Assembly: GCA_041392505.1 (NCBI GenBank)
Contig: JAWKLX010000015.1
Coordinates: forward strand, 101,222 to 165,221
DNA: 64,000 bases
DNA from: Saprospiraceae bacterium
GTDB lineage: Bacteria > Bacteroidota > Bacteroidia > Chitinophagales > Saprospiraceae
Direction of reading: 5' to 3'
The position numbers and the translations under genes are program-made. Shown one piece after another: positions 30,101-37,107 of the stretch; within the stretch, counting starts at the first letter, position 1; each line of letters begins with the position of its first letter. Below the pieces are notes generated by a model, which saw only the letters and a program-made list of their open reading frames with translations, made no database searches and was not told where the DNA came from.

Positions 30101-31164
30101 TCGCAGACGACGGCCCCGGCATCCCTACCGAACACCAACCCCGCATTTTTGAAAAATTCTACCAAGTGCCGAAGCCCCCTCCCAACCTCCCCCAATGGGG
30201 GAGGGGCATGACTCCCCCTCTTTCGGAGGGGGCTGGGGGGAGGCTTGGTTCAGGCATCGGCCTGTCCTTGGTGAAAGAATATGTGGAGTTGATGGGCGGT
30301 TCGGTAAAATTGGATTCAGCGGAAGGGGAGGGGACGCAGTTCGATATTTCTATCCCAGTCAGTGTGGCGGTCATTTCCCCAAAAGAAGAACCCGCCGAAA
30401 TCGAATTTGAAAACCTCCTGACTGGTTTGCCAACCGGAAAATCCGCCAACCTACTGGTGGTGGAGGACAATAATGACCTGCGCCATTTTCTTTCCCTGCT
30501 CCTTACCGAACGGTTCAATTTGACGCTGGCTGCGAATGGCGCTGAAGCTATCCAGTTGCTGGAAAATGGGCTTGAGGTGGACGTCATCCTTTCCGATATT
30601 ATGATGCCAAAGGTGGATGGGATGGGGCTGCTGAACCACGTCAAAGCGAGTGAACGTTTTAAAAAATTGCCTTTCATTTTTCTGACCGCCAAACAAAATG
30701 AAGTGACCAAACTCTCCGCTCTCCGCCTCGGTGTGGATGATTATTTGACCAAGCCATTTTCTGAAAAAGAACTGCTGCTGCGTATCCACCGCCTACTCAA
30801 AAACTACGAAATCCGCAGAGCGACCGAAGCCGAAATAGAAGCAGAAACCACTGAAAACCCTGAGAGCGAAATCATTTTTACCCTGCAAAATTTTGTAAAG
30901 GAAAAACTCACCGACCCTACATTCAGTGTGGAATTGATGGCCGAGGAATTCAACATGAGTGCCCGCAATTTGCAACGTTTTATGCGCAAGGAAGTAGGCA
31001 TGTCGCCCAAAGAATTCATCATTGAAGTGCAGATGAACCAGCTGCGGGAATTGCGGGCCGAGAACCAAGACCTCACTCTAAAAGAGCTCGCCTCTTCCGT
31101 GGGTTATACCGATCATAAATACATGTCGAGGTTGTTTTATGAAAGGTTCGGGTTTAGGTTGTGA
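27163..31164 (+). CDS. hybrid two-component system protein (sensor, HisKA, HATPase_c, REC, AraC HTH), tandem paralogue
   Basis: Same architecture: H-box NISHELKTPLSLIIAPL; REC (LLVVEDNNDL...LSDIMMPKVDG); AraC HTH. The ATP-lid region carries an unusual 27-aa insert. Confidence 0.85.
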   Translation: MRIRQNSNILACQFRTALCWLAFFVLTVLPAKTQTNHTIVQPSITLKKYGPNDGLNFSNFKAVIKDSLQNLWVLGSNVNLTSTNLNLRIGTFDGVRFRSHALPNLDGFNTLAITYYPFLWENGKLLFTPFGLDGLFLYDIAKKEVKSLLRGTDLSSMFPGVLFDHKFYFIAKNKNGKYALAVLENESIRMLFESESLANSRAIYCNKKGVWVCRYDKIIFIDYTGKTIKEIKFDDETLTLYASAKTKRGIEIFSHFSAPFIIDENTGKISPFPYPELDIRGKISEIYQDTLGNALYVYAHPYKFQYAYLLAADGSLFDLSSLNMEIQDVKGIYSDNFLQSFWLATTSDLIQVQLNGTFVSHYLPNGALRKIQAFDDGNIYVQSENGGIFKSINSKQLNFKTIGNNVFGRYLEVTKKGELIANDGEKLYKTGNGSTETISLKHNSYDIVALNDSLLVSFNATFIQFVNKDTWTVKKTFDGIIFENPHKLLRINDETIFVAYEKGLSELNLFNFQKKEIFTERAVVSIAEDANNSWCFGTVNGGLYRYSKIDNRDKINKLAEVGTPIATITKDSKNKLWLGTFNGVYVYDTANKNLLKIDDNLLTHTECNRLSSFYDAKYNRMFIGTVKGLNVIDIDKINLSETTINLHLSYIHYFNEKTNLNDTLEFQGETNYAIQLDAYHRNLTVGFAPGISHEKNYQYYYSLVPADGQNPENIKWRSNGTNAELSLTNLASGHYQLLIKAKTDLTERESNHLVINVLVEDFFYNRWWFYVLLVAVLIGLFFWWQRRLRSENIRLENEVEKRTSELLKDKETIQKQAEELAKLDEMKTQFYNNISHELKTPLSLIIAPLEGLLDEENLSEKKRQEYLKLIARNANLLQERVEELLELTRLENRKIAVHHNPVKVADFVENNCHIFKKEAERNGIELNISLVEEYGYLIFDEKKVGKIIQNLIANAIKYCPTGSEVKVEIKSSEHQLSISVADDGPGIPTEHQPRIFEKFYQVPKPPPNLPQWGRGMTPPLSEGAGGRLGSGIGLSLVKEYVELMGGSVKLDSAEGEGTQFDISIPVSVAVISPKEEPAEIEFENLLTGLPTGKSANLLVVEDNNDLRHFLSLLLTERFNLTLAANGAEAIQLLENGLEVDVILSDIMMPKVDGMGLLNHVKASERFKKLPFIFLTAKQNEVTKLSALRLGVDDYLTKPFSEKELLLRIHRLLKNYEIRRATEAEIEAETTENPESEIIFTLQNFVKEKLTDPTFSVELMAEEFNMSARNLQRFMRKEVGMSPKEFIIEVQMNQLRELRAENQDLTLKELASSVGYTDHKYMSRLFYERFGFRL
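30170..30248. repeat. in-frame pair of GC palindromes inside the HATPase domain coding sequence
   Basis: cctcccccaAtgggggagg (30187-30205) and ccccctctttcggaggggg (30213-30231) encode PKPPPNLPQWGRGMTPPLSEGAGGRL between the FYQV and GSGIGLSL motifs. The reading frame is preserved. Confidence 0.5.
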
Positions 31165-31189
31165 GGTTGGTAAAAAAATCCGTTTCACA

Positions 31190-31410
31190 AGACCTTGTGT
31201 ACACTAATTTAGCTTTTAGCATGCGGGCCGATGCATTTGCTGAGCTTTTTCTATCATTCTGCACGGCCCTCAGGGTTTTAACAGGGCGGTGTCGCCCGGT
31301 GCATCGGGACGACACCGCCCCTAAAACCCCCTGAGGAGCACGTTGGGTAGTATCCAAAAGCGATAAACATGCTGCTCCACATTTTACAAATGCTAAAAGT
31401 AAAGCTAAGT
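31190..31410. repeat. nested inverted-repeat element between convergent genes (third member of the GGG-TTTTAA-GGG hairpin family)
   Basis: Core hairpin ccctcagggttttaacagggcggtgtcg...cgacaccgcccctaaaaccccctgagg (about 31266-31338). Outer IR tagcttttagcat...atgctaaaagtaaagcta. Confidence 0.5.
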
Positions 31411-31450
31411 AAACACGCAAATTGCCTTGCAAAACGGATCGTCAGTTCGG

Positions 31451-32551
31451 TTATTTAGTCACCGTAAATATCTGGCGCAACTGGTCTACCAATTGGCCAC
31501 CACCTGAGACAGAAATACTGTTGATTTTCTCCGCAATCTTTTCCACATATTCCATCTCCTTCAATTTGAAGAGCATCTCGTTTTCTTCCATCAACTTGGC
31601 GGTATTCAACAAGCTACGGGTAGAAGCCGTTTCTTCCCGACGGGTGATGACGTTGGCCTGAGCCTTTTTCTCGGCCACCAATACTTGATTCATGATGTCC
31701 TTGACGTCGCCCGGTAGGATGATGTCCCGGATTCCGCAGTCGGTGACCTGAGTGCCCATCGCAGCAGACTTTTCAGCCACTTCTTTCAGGACGACAGGCG
31801 CCACACTTTCCTTGTTGGCCAACAACTCATCGAGCGTCATTGTGCCGACGTATTCCCGCACGGCCAATTGGAACTGGATGTAAAGTTGTTTCACCAAATC
31901 TTTGGTGTCCACCAACGCTTTTACGATGTCGGTCACCTTGTACTGAGCGAAGAAGTTGATGCGGATAGCAGCTTTGTCCTTAGTCAGAATTTCCTGACCG
32001 CTGATTTCCATCAACTGCTGGCGCAGGTCGGCTTTCAAAACGGCAATTGGCTTTTCGTTTTTCCAAAAGTAGTACACCCCTGGGCCAAGCCGTTTTTCAA
32101 ATTTACCTTCCACATACATCAGGCCCTCCTCGTAGGATTCCACCACGAATACCCGGACGAACGCACTCACATCACTCCGTTGCAGGATTTTCCGTTCAAT
32201 CCCGGCGTCGATCTCATAATCGTTGAGATTTATAATGGTATGTTCATACTGAACAATACTTTTCCAGTGAACATAACGGCCCGGTGTCAGTACTTTTCGG
32301 AAGTTACCCTGAAGGTACTGCAAAGCAATTTCGTTGTCCCGTACCTCTACGAGTTCCACCAATTGACGGAAGGCTGGATCAGCAAGCAAGATGTCCAAAT
32401 CGCAGGGCGCCACAAAATCCTTCGTCACGTCAAAAGATTTGACAGTTTCGGCTGGCCACAGCCAGTGCTGCCCCTCAGTCAGGGTGCGTTGGTAATGGTC
32501 ATTTTTGAACAACAAACCAATCTGGTACGGAAAAATCCTTACGAATTTCAT
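31451..32551 (-). CDS. SPFH/band-7 (stomatin/flotillin-like) domain protein
   Basis: 366 aa with a band-7 core (ESVAPVVLKEVAEKSAAMGTQVTDCGIRDIILPGDVKDIMNQV...AEKKAQANVI) and a C-terminal coiled coil. Confidence 0.7.
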   Translation of the reverse strand: MKFVRIFPYQIGLLFKNDHYQRTLTEGQHWLWPAETVKSFDVTKDFVAPCDLDILLADPAFRQLVELVEVRDNEIALQYLQGNFRKVLTPGRYVHWKSIVQYEHTIINLNDYEIDAGIERKILQRSDVSAFVRVFVVESYEEGLMYVEGKFEKRLGPGVYYFWKNEKPIAVLKADLRQQLMEISGQEILTKDKAAIRINFFAQYKVTDIVKALVDTKDLVKQLYIQFQLAVREYVGTMTLDELLANKESVAPVVLKEVAEKSAAMGTQVTDCGIRDIILPGDVKDIMNQVLVAEKKAQANVITRREETASTRSLLNTAKLMEENEMLFKLKEMEYVEKIAEKINSISVSGGGQLVDQLRQIFTVTK

Positions 32552-32617
32552 GATTAAAAAATTTAATGAGGTTAGTAATTTGGTTAATGATTACAAGCTG
32601 TGATGAATAATAAGTCC

Positions 32618-32797
32618 AAAAAATGCGGGGCAGCATCAATTATTTTCATTGCAACCGCCCAAGTGCCCCTCTTGGGATTTCAAGGGGAAGCGGGCGCCGA
32701 GCGCCCGCTTCCCCTTGAAATCCCGTTGGGTTGAGCAGTCTGCTGCTAAGTGATTTGTAAAACACTCGGCCCGAAATCGAGAGAGCGTGATTCATCC
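32618..32797. repeat. structured intergenic repeat, copy B
   Basis: Homologous to 1768-1946. The palindrome arms carry compensatory changes (gggatttcaaggggaagcgggcgc / gcgcccgcttccccttgaaatccc). Confidence 0.65.
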
Positions 32798-32799
32798 CA

Positions 32800-33093
32800 A
32801 CTTGAGTATTTCACAGAATTCTTTTTGATTGAAAAAGCAGGCGCAAGCATCCCCACCCGGCGTTCGGTGGAAGCGTCGTTGAGCAGGCCTTAGCCTGGCG
32901 GGTTCCCATCCATTGAGGCGGGCAGGTGGTCGGCAACCAAAGTTGCTTAGACCTGCCGTCGCAGGAAGGGAAGCCATCGGGCGTTGGCCGGCGGTATCCC
33001 GACATTTCGGGCCTTGGCCGGGCTGCCGTTCACCTTTCATTGGGATGAAAGGTGGGGCATGGGGATGCTTTTGCCATGCTCTTTTTTTTGAAA
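32800..33093 (-). ncRNA. candidate structured RNA of unknown class (GC-rich, no credible ORF)
   Basis: A long-range 9-bp pairing closes the domain (GCATCCCCA ... TGGGGATGC on the minus strand). Several internal perfect hairpins lie between (cacctttcat/atgaaaggtg; cccga-aatg-tcggg; cctgc-gac-ggcagg; gcaac-ttt-ggttgc; caggc-taa-ggcctg). Only short overlapping ORFs on both strands. Confidence 0.3.
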
Positions 33094-33136
33094 ATGGATT
33101 ATCAGGTCCATTGCTCTACCATTGAGCTATCCCGAC
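33094..33136 (-). other. tRNA 5'-half-like fragment (acceptor, D-arm, anticodon-arm-like; GAT anticodon candidate)
   Basis: Minus strand GTCGGGATAGCTCAATGGTAGAGCAATGGACCTGATAATCCAT. No T-arm follows. Confidence 0.3.
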
Positions 33137-33137
33137 G

Positions 33138-33205
33138 TGTCGGAAGCAGGAATCGAACCTGCAACTCATGGCCAACACTGTTCTAACCAACTGAACTATC
33201 CCGAT
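33138..33205 (-). tRNA. tRNA-like sequence (possible degenerate tRNA, CAT triplet in anticodon region)
   Basis: Minus strand ATCGGGATAGTTCAGTTGGTTAGAAC...CCATGAG...GCAGGTTCGATTCCTGCTTCCGACA. D-arm, T-arm and acceptor pair, but the anticodon and variable region is 5-6 nt too short. Confidence 0.3.
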
Positions 33206-33207
33206 GA

Positions 33208-33234
33208 GTCGGGAGGGGGATTCGAACCCCCGAC
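33208..33234 (-). other. tRNA 3'-end-like minihelix (T-arm plus acceptor 3' strand)
   Basis: Minus strand GTCGGGGGTTCGAATCCCCCTCCCGAC. Directly abuts the tRNA-like sequence. Confidence 0.3.
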
Positions 33235-33446
33235 TGTGCTGTGGTGCAAAAACGTTCCGGGCAGTCAGCATACCGACGACTAAAAGGGTCGGCACTACGG
33301 GGCTATACAGAAACCCTCGTCAGGTCCTGCGTCGAAATCGTTGTGCTTCTTTGGTGCAAATGCACTATTTCTTTCAATGAATTATTTTGTCAAAATTTTA
33401 AACATCTGCCGCTTTTGGCGAATAATGGGACAAAGCTCCGCAGGTA

Positions 33447-33467
33447 CTGCGCAACTGATTTGCGCAG
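33447..33467. promoter_or_regulatory. palindromic operator candidate CTGCGCAA-N5-TTGCGCAG upstream of the WYL regulator
   Basis: Perfect 8-bp inverted repeat about 115 bp upstream of ATG 33583. Confidence 0.3.
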
Positions 33468-33582
33468 CAAAATTTATTTTTCGAAAAAATTTCAGGATTT
33501 TTGTCAGGATACTCGAAAGTTGCTGAAATCCAAGGTTTTGCGAAGCGAAACCAATAACCCGTTTTACTTAAAAAATAGTTCC

Positions 33583-34605
33583 ATGCCCGTCAACAAATTA
33601 GCCCTCATCCGGTACAAAACTATTGACCGTTGCCTCCAGAACCGCTTTCGCAAGTGGACATTAGACGATCTTGTACAAGCTGTTTCTGATGCAGTTTATG
33701 AATTTGAAGGGATCACTTCAGGCGTTGGCAAACGCACTGTACAACTGGATATACAGAACATGAGAAGCGAGCGGTTTGGCTTCAATGCACCAATAGTGGT
33801 GGTGGATAAAAAGTATTATACGTATGAAGAAAAGGATTATAGCATTTCCAATACGCCGATTTCAGAGTATGATGTGACCAAGCTGAAGGAGGTGGTTGGT
33901 CTGATGAGGCAACTCAAGGGATTGGGCTATTTCCAGGACATCTCGGCGATGGTGGCTCGGCTGGAAGACAAAATTTTGAAACAAACCAACGAAGGCCAAT
34001 CCTTCATCGACCTCGACAAAAATGAGCAATTAAAAGGGTTGGAGTTGATCGAACCTATTCATGCTGCCATTTTAAAGAAAAGACCTTTACTGGTTGCGTA
34101 TCAATCATTCAAGGCGAGAACGGCTTCCCAGCAAATTTTTCATCCCCATCTATTAAAGCAGTATAACAACCGCTGGTTTGTACTCGGTTCGTTTGCAAAC
34201 AGGGCCTATCCTACGTTGCTTGCCCTCGACCGCATCCATGAATTAAAAGAAACGTCAGAGGCAGATTATCTTCCTTCCACGGTGGACGTTTTTACCTATT
34301 TCGACGATGTGATCGGTGTGTCTAAAACGCCTAAACAAAGGGCGATCAACGTCGTGCTACGATTAAAAGCCGAACAGTTGCCCTACTTGCTGACCAAGCC
34401 TTTGCACCAAACCCAAGCAATTTTGGGAAAAGAAGATAATCACGTCCAGCTATCGATTAGGGTGATTTGGAATTATGAATTGGAGCGGGAAATACTCAGC
34501 TTCGGTGAAATGATAGAAGTCTTGTCACCAAGGCGTTTACGTGAAAAAATTAAGAAACGGCTGATCGAGGCTGGTTCGCTTTATGCGAAGGAAAACGAAA
34601 AATGA
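33583..34605 (+). CDS. WYL-domain transcriptional regulator (HTH, WYL, C-terminal extension)
   Basis: N-terminal HTH (LALIRYKTIDRCLQN...WTLDDLVQAVS); WYL-like core (KRPLLVAYQSFKARTASQQIFHPHLLKQYNNRWFVLGS). ORF 33241-34605 was trimmed to the first ATG after the tRNA-like region. Confidence 0.7.
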   Translation: MPVNKLALIRYKTIDRCLQNRFRKWTLDDLVQAVSDAVYEFEGITSGVGKRTVQLDIQNMRSERFGFNAPIVVVDKKYYTYEEKDYSISNTPISEYDVTKLKEVVGLMRQLKGLGYFQDISAMVARLEDKILKQTNEGQSFIDLDKNEQLKGLELIEPIHAAILKKRPLLVAYQSFKARTASQQIFHPHLLKQYNNRWFVLGSFANRAYPTLLALDRIHELKETSEADYLPSTVDVFTYFDDVIGVSKTPKQRAINVVLRLKAEQLPYLLTKPLHQTQAILGKEDNHVQLSIRVIWNYELEREILSFGEMIEVLSPRRLREKIKKRLIEAGSLYAKENEK

Positions 34606-34609
34606 ATTT

Positions 34610-35275
34610 TTACCGCCGCACTAATTTAAACCCAATATCCCGGCCTATGCCTTGGAAAATCGCCAAATTGATCCACGAGAGGGCGAACTTTTCCAACAAC
34701 TCCACTTGGCCGCTACCACCAAAGTCATAGCAGTTTTCAAAGCCCATCTCTTTGGCAAGTTGGGTTGCCACTGCTTTGGCTGACTGGCTGTCTCCCGCCA
34801 TGAACATATCAAGCCGGGTAGGACCGTAGTCGGGGTTTTGCATATTTTCAAAACCCGTCGTGTTGAAACATTTCACCACCTCCGCATTCGTCAATGCTTC
34901 AAAGGCATGGAAAGCGGTTGGGTAGTTGTCTGGTTTTGTCCGGACCGAATTGGTCGAATCAATAATGACTTTTCCAGCGACGTCCCCAAACGCAACGGAC
35001 AGGTTTTCAGCGAATTGCGGTGGCGTGGCGACAAGGATGACCTCCGCTGCCGGTACTGCTTCGCCGATGGTATGGGCGGAAGTGTTGGGGTTTTGTAATA
35101 GATTCTCCCCTTTAAAATTGTTGGTGTCCCGCACGCCGAGCAGGATTTGATGACCGGCTTTTGCCCAGGCGGTGGCGAGTGCGCCGCCGACATTGCCAGT
35201 TCCGATGATTGCTATTTTCATGTTGTATGGTTTGATTTTCCCGCAGATATACGCAGATTTTGACATAATGCTCAT
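34610..35275 (-). CDS. NADPH-dependent F420 reductase-like oxidoreductase (Rossmann)
   Basis: MKIAIIGTGNVGGALA dinucleotide-binding motif; 221 aa. Confidence 0.65.
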   Translation of the reverse strand: MSIMSKSAYICGKIKPYNMKIAIIGTGNVGGALATAWAKAGHQILLGVRDTNNFKGENLLQNPNTSAHTIGEAVPAAEVILVATPPQFAENLSVAFGDVAGKVIIDSTNSVRTKPDNYPTAFHAFEALTNAEVVKCFNTTGFENMQNPDYGPTRLDMFMAGDSQSAKAVATQLAKEMGFENCYDFGGSGQVELLEKFALSWINLAIFQGIGRDIGFKLVRR

Positions 35276-35337
35276 CTGCGAAACGCTGCGTTTAAACCTG
35301 TGTCAATCTGCGGGGAATACATATCTACGGGAAATAA

Positions 35338-36183
35338 TCACTTCCCAAGCATTTGCACCACCAACTTAGCCGCAGCAGCCCCGCTGTTCTGCTGTTGTCC
35401 GGTAATCAAGTTGCCATCCTGAATGGCGTAGGACGAGAACGGGGCCGCTACTTTGAAGGTCGTCCCGGCGATTTTGTTCGCCTCCGTTTCGATGCGGTAA
35501 GGCTGGATTTTCATTCCTACTGCCTGGTCAGCGAACTCTTCCTCGGCATCAGCAAAGCCAGTCCAGGTTTTACCTTTTACCAATAATTCACCGTCTGATT
35601 TTTTGGCATCCAGCAACAAAGTAGTCGAATGGCAGACGGCAGCGCTTGGTTTTCCGCTTTCATAAAAGGACGCAAAAAGTTTCTCCAAATCCTTGTTGCC
35701 CCGGAAAGTGTACATGGGCCCCTGACCGCCCACGAGAAAGATGGCAACATAGTCGGCGGGGTTTACCTCAGTGAGTTTGCGGGTGTTTTCCAGCAGCTGG
35801 TTGAACCACTCTTGCTGCATGTACCCGAGCGAAATCACATCGTGCGCCGAATAGCCGCTGGCGTCAGTAGGATTGGAATATCCATCCATCACCAGCTGAC
35901 CGCCTTCCGTACTCGCCAACTCTACTTCGTAGCCGGCCTCTTGGAAGACCCGCAGTGGGTGCGTCAGTTCAGCTGCCCAAAAGCCGATGGGCCAGCCGGT
36001 CTGCTTGGAAGTGGAAGGGGAACTGGCGACCATTAAGATTTTCCCTTTTGTGGGCGCGCCGTGGAAATGTACATAGGATTGGACTTCTTTGACGTTGCTC
36101 ATTTCACCAAATTTTTTTTGTGAGGAATGTTGCGATTGTGCCGGAATGCATGTGCCCAACCATAAAATGGACAGGGCAAGCAC
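35338..36183 (-). CDS. type-1 glutamine amidotransferase-like (DJ-1/PfpI superfamily) secreted protein
   Basis: Signal peptide; KILMVASS...AIFLVGGQGPM...AAVCHSTTLL pattern with the Cys in a nucleophile-elbow context. Confidence 0.65.
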   Translation of the reverse strand: MLALSILWLGTCIPAQSQHSSQKKFGEMSNVKEVQSYVHFHGAPTKGKILMVASSPSTSKQTGWPIGFWAAELTHPLRVFQEAGYEVELASTEGGQLVMDGYSNPTDASGYSAHDVISLGYMQQEWFNQLLENTRKLTEVNPADYVAIFLVGGQGPMYTFRGNKDLEKLFASFYESGKPSAAVCHSTTLLLDAKKSDGELLVKGKTWTGFADAEEEFADQAVGMKIQPYRIETEANKIAGTTFKVAAPFSSYAIQDGNLITGQQQNSGAAAAKLVVQMLGK

Positions 36184-36345
36184 TTGGCTTAACCTTGATT
36201 TCTTAACAGTTTTATTTTTTTGAAAAAATCTACGGCAAACTTACTGGCAGTACCTACTTTTGACAATATACTGACCAATCCGTGCGATACTAACTTTTTG
36301 GAAAGTATATTGAAAATCAGTGCCTTAGGTTTCTATTTTTGCAAT

Positions 36346-36390
36346 ACCATGCAACCATGCAACCATGCAACCATGCAACCATCTTAACCA
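36346..36390. repeat. (accatgca)x4.5 tandem octamer immediately upstream of the HxlR start codon
   Basis: accatgcaaccatgcaaccatgcaaccatgcaaccat ends 7 nt before ATG 36397. Confidence 0.7.
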
Positions 36391-36396
36391 TCCACC

Positions 36397-36750
36397 ATGC
36401 CCGACTTCATTTACAACAACAAAGTCTATTACAACCCCGTCGAGTTCGCCATGGACAGGCTCGGCGGCACCTGGAAAATGCCCATCCTGTGGCGGCTAAA
36501 AGATGCTGTTTACAGGTTCAGTGAGTTGAAACGGGCGATACCGCACATTTCGGATAAAATGCTCACCAGCCAGTTGCGGGAATTGGAAGCGGACGGCTTC
36601 GTTGCAAGGAAGGTCTATGCCGTGGTGCCGCCTAAGACAGAGTATTCGATCACAGAAAAGGGGCGGTTGGCGGTACCGATTATTGAGGCCATCCGGGATT
36701 TTGGTATTAGGCTGATGGGGATGGAAGGGGTGGATGTGAGCGGGTATTAG
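36397..36750 (+). CDS. HxlR-family winged-helix transcriptional regulator
   Basis: GGTWKMPILWRL...RFSELKRAIPHISDKMLTSQLRELEADGFVARKVY...EYSITEKG. Confidence 0.8.
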   Translation: MPDFIYNNKVYYNPVEFAMDRLGGTWKMPILWRLKDAVYRFSELKRAIPHISDKMLTSQLRELEADGFVARKVYAVVPPKTEYSITEKGRLAVPIIEAIRDFGIRLMGMEGVDVSGY

Positions 36751-36772
36751 CCTATGTTAAACAAGTTGCGAT

Positions 36773-36897
36773 TTTTGGCTTCGCCAAAATCAATAGCACA
36801 CAGGTAGAACAGATGAAACGGATTTACATGATTAATCTGTGATAATCGGTTAAATCAGTTCAGTCTGTGTCCGATGAGAATTTTGGCGAAGCCAAAA
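36773..36897. repeat. pair of identical self-palindromic 18-mers in inverted orientation about 90 bp apart
   Basis: ttttggcttcgccaaaat (36773-36790) and attttggcgaagccaaaa (36880-36897). Each is itself a hairpin (ttttggc-ttc-gccaaaa). Confidence 0.45.
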
Positions 36898-37107
36898 CAA
36901 ATCTTCATGGCAACTTGGGGCAAGGATAGGTTGCTGATTTACTGTGTTTTATAAAAAAATGTCCGATTTTTCACCCCTCCCCGTCCGATTCTTCAACCGC
37001 TGAAATTGGTGTATTTACCCTGTTTGACAACATCTTTGTCAGGCTATTTGAAGACAACAAAAATCTCCCCTTTGCCTCTATTTTAATTTTTAAGACCATT
37101 TAATTTT

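Noticed and set aside
31868-32557. 229-aa ORF antisense to the SPFH gene
   Set aside because: The opposite strand has a clear band-7 domain.
32800-33093. RNase P RNA, tmRNA or 5S rRNA assignment for the GC-rich region
   Set aside because: Only loose resemblance to conserved blocks (for example GAACCCGCCAGGCTAA versus ACAGAACCCGGCTTA). The sequence is not sufficient to name a class.
33241-33582. N-terminal 114 codons of ORF 33241-34605
   Set aside because: They overlap the tRNA-like sequences and the operator region. The WYL protein's HTH begins after the ATG at 33583.
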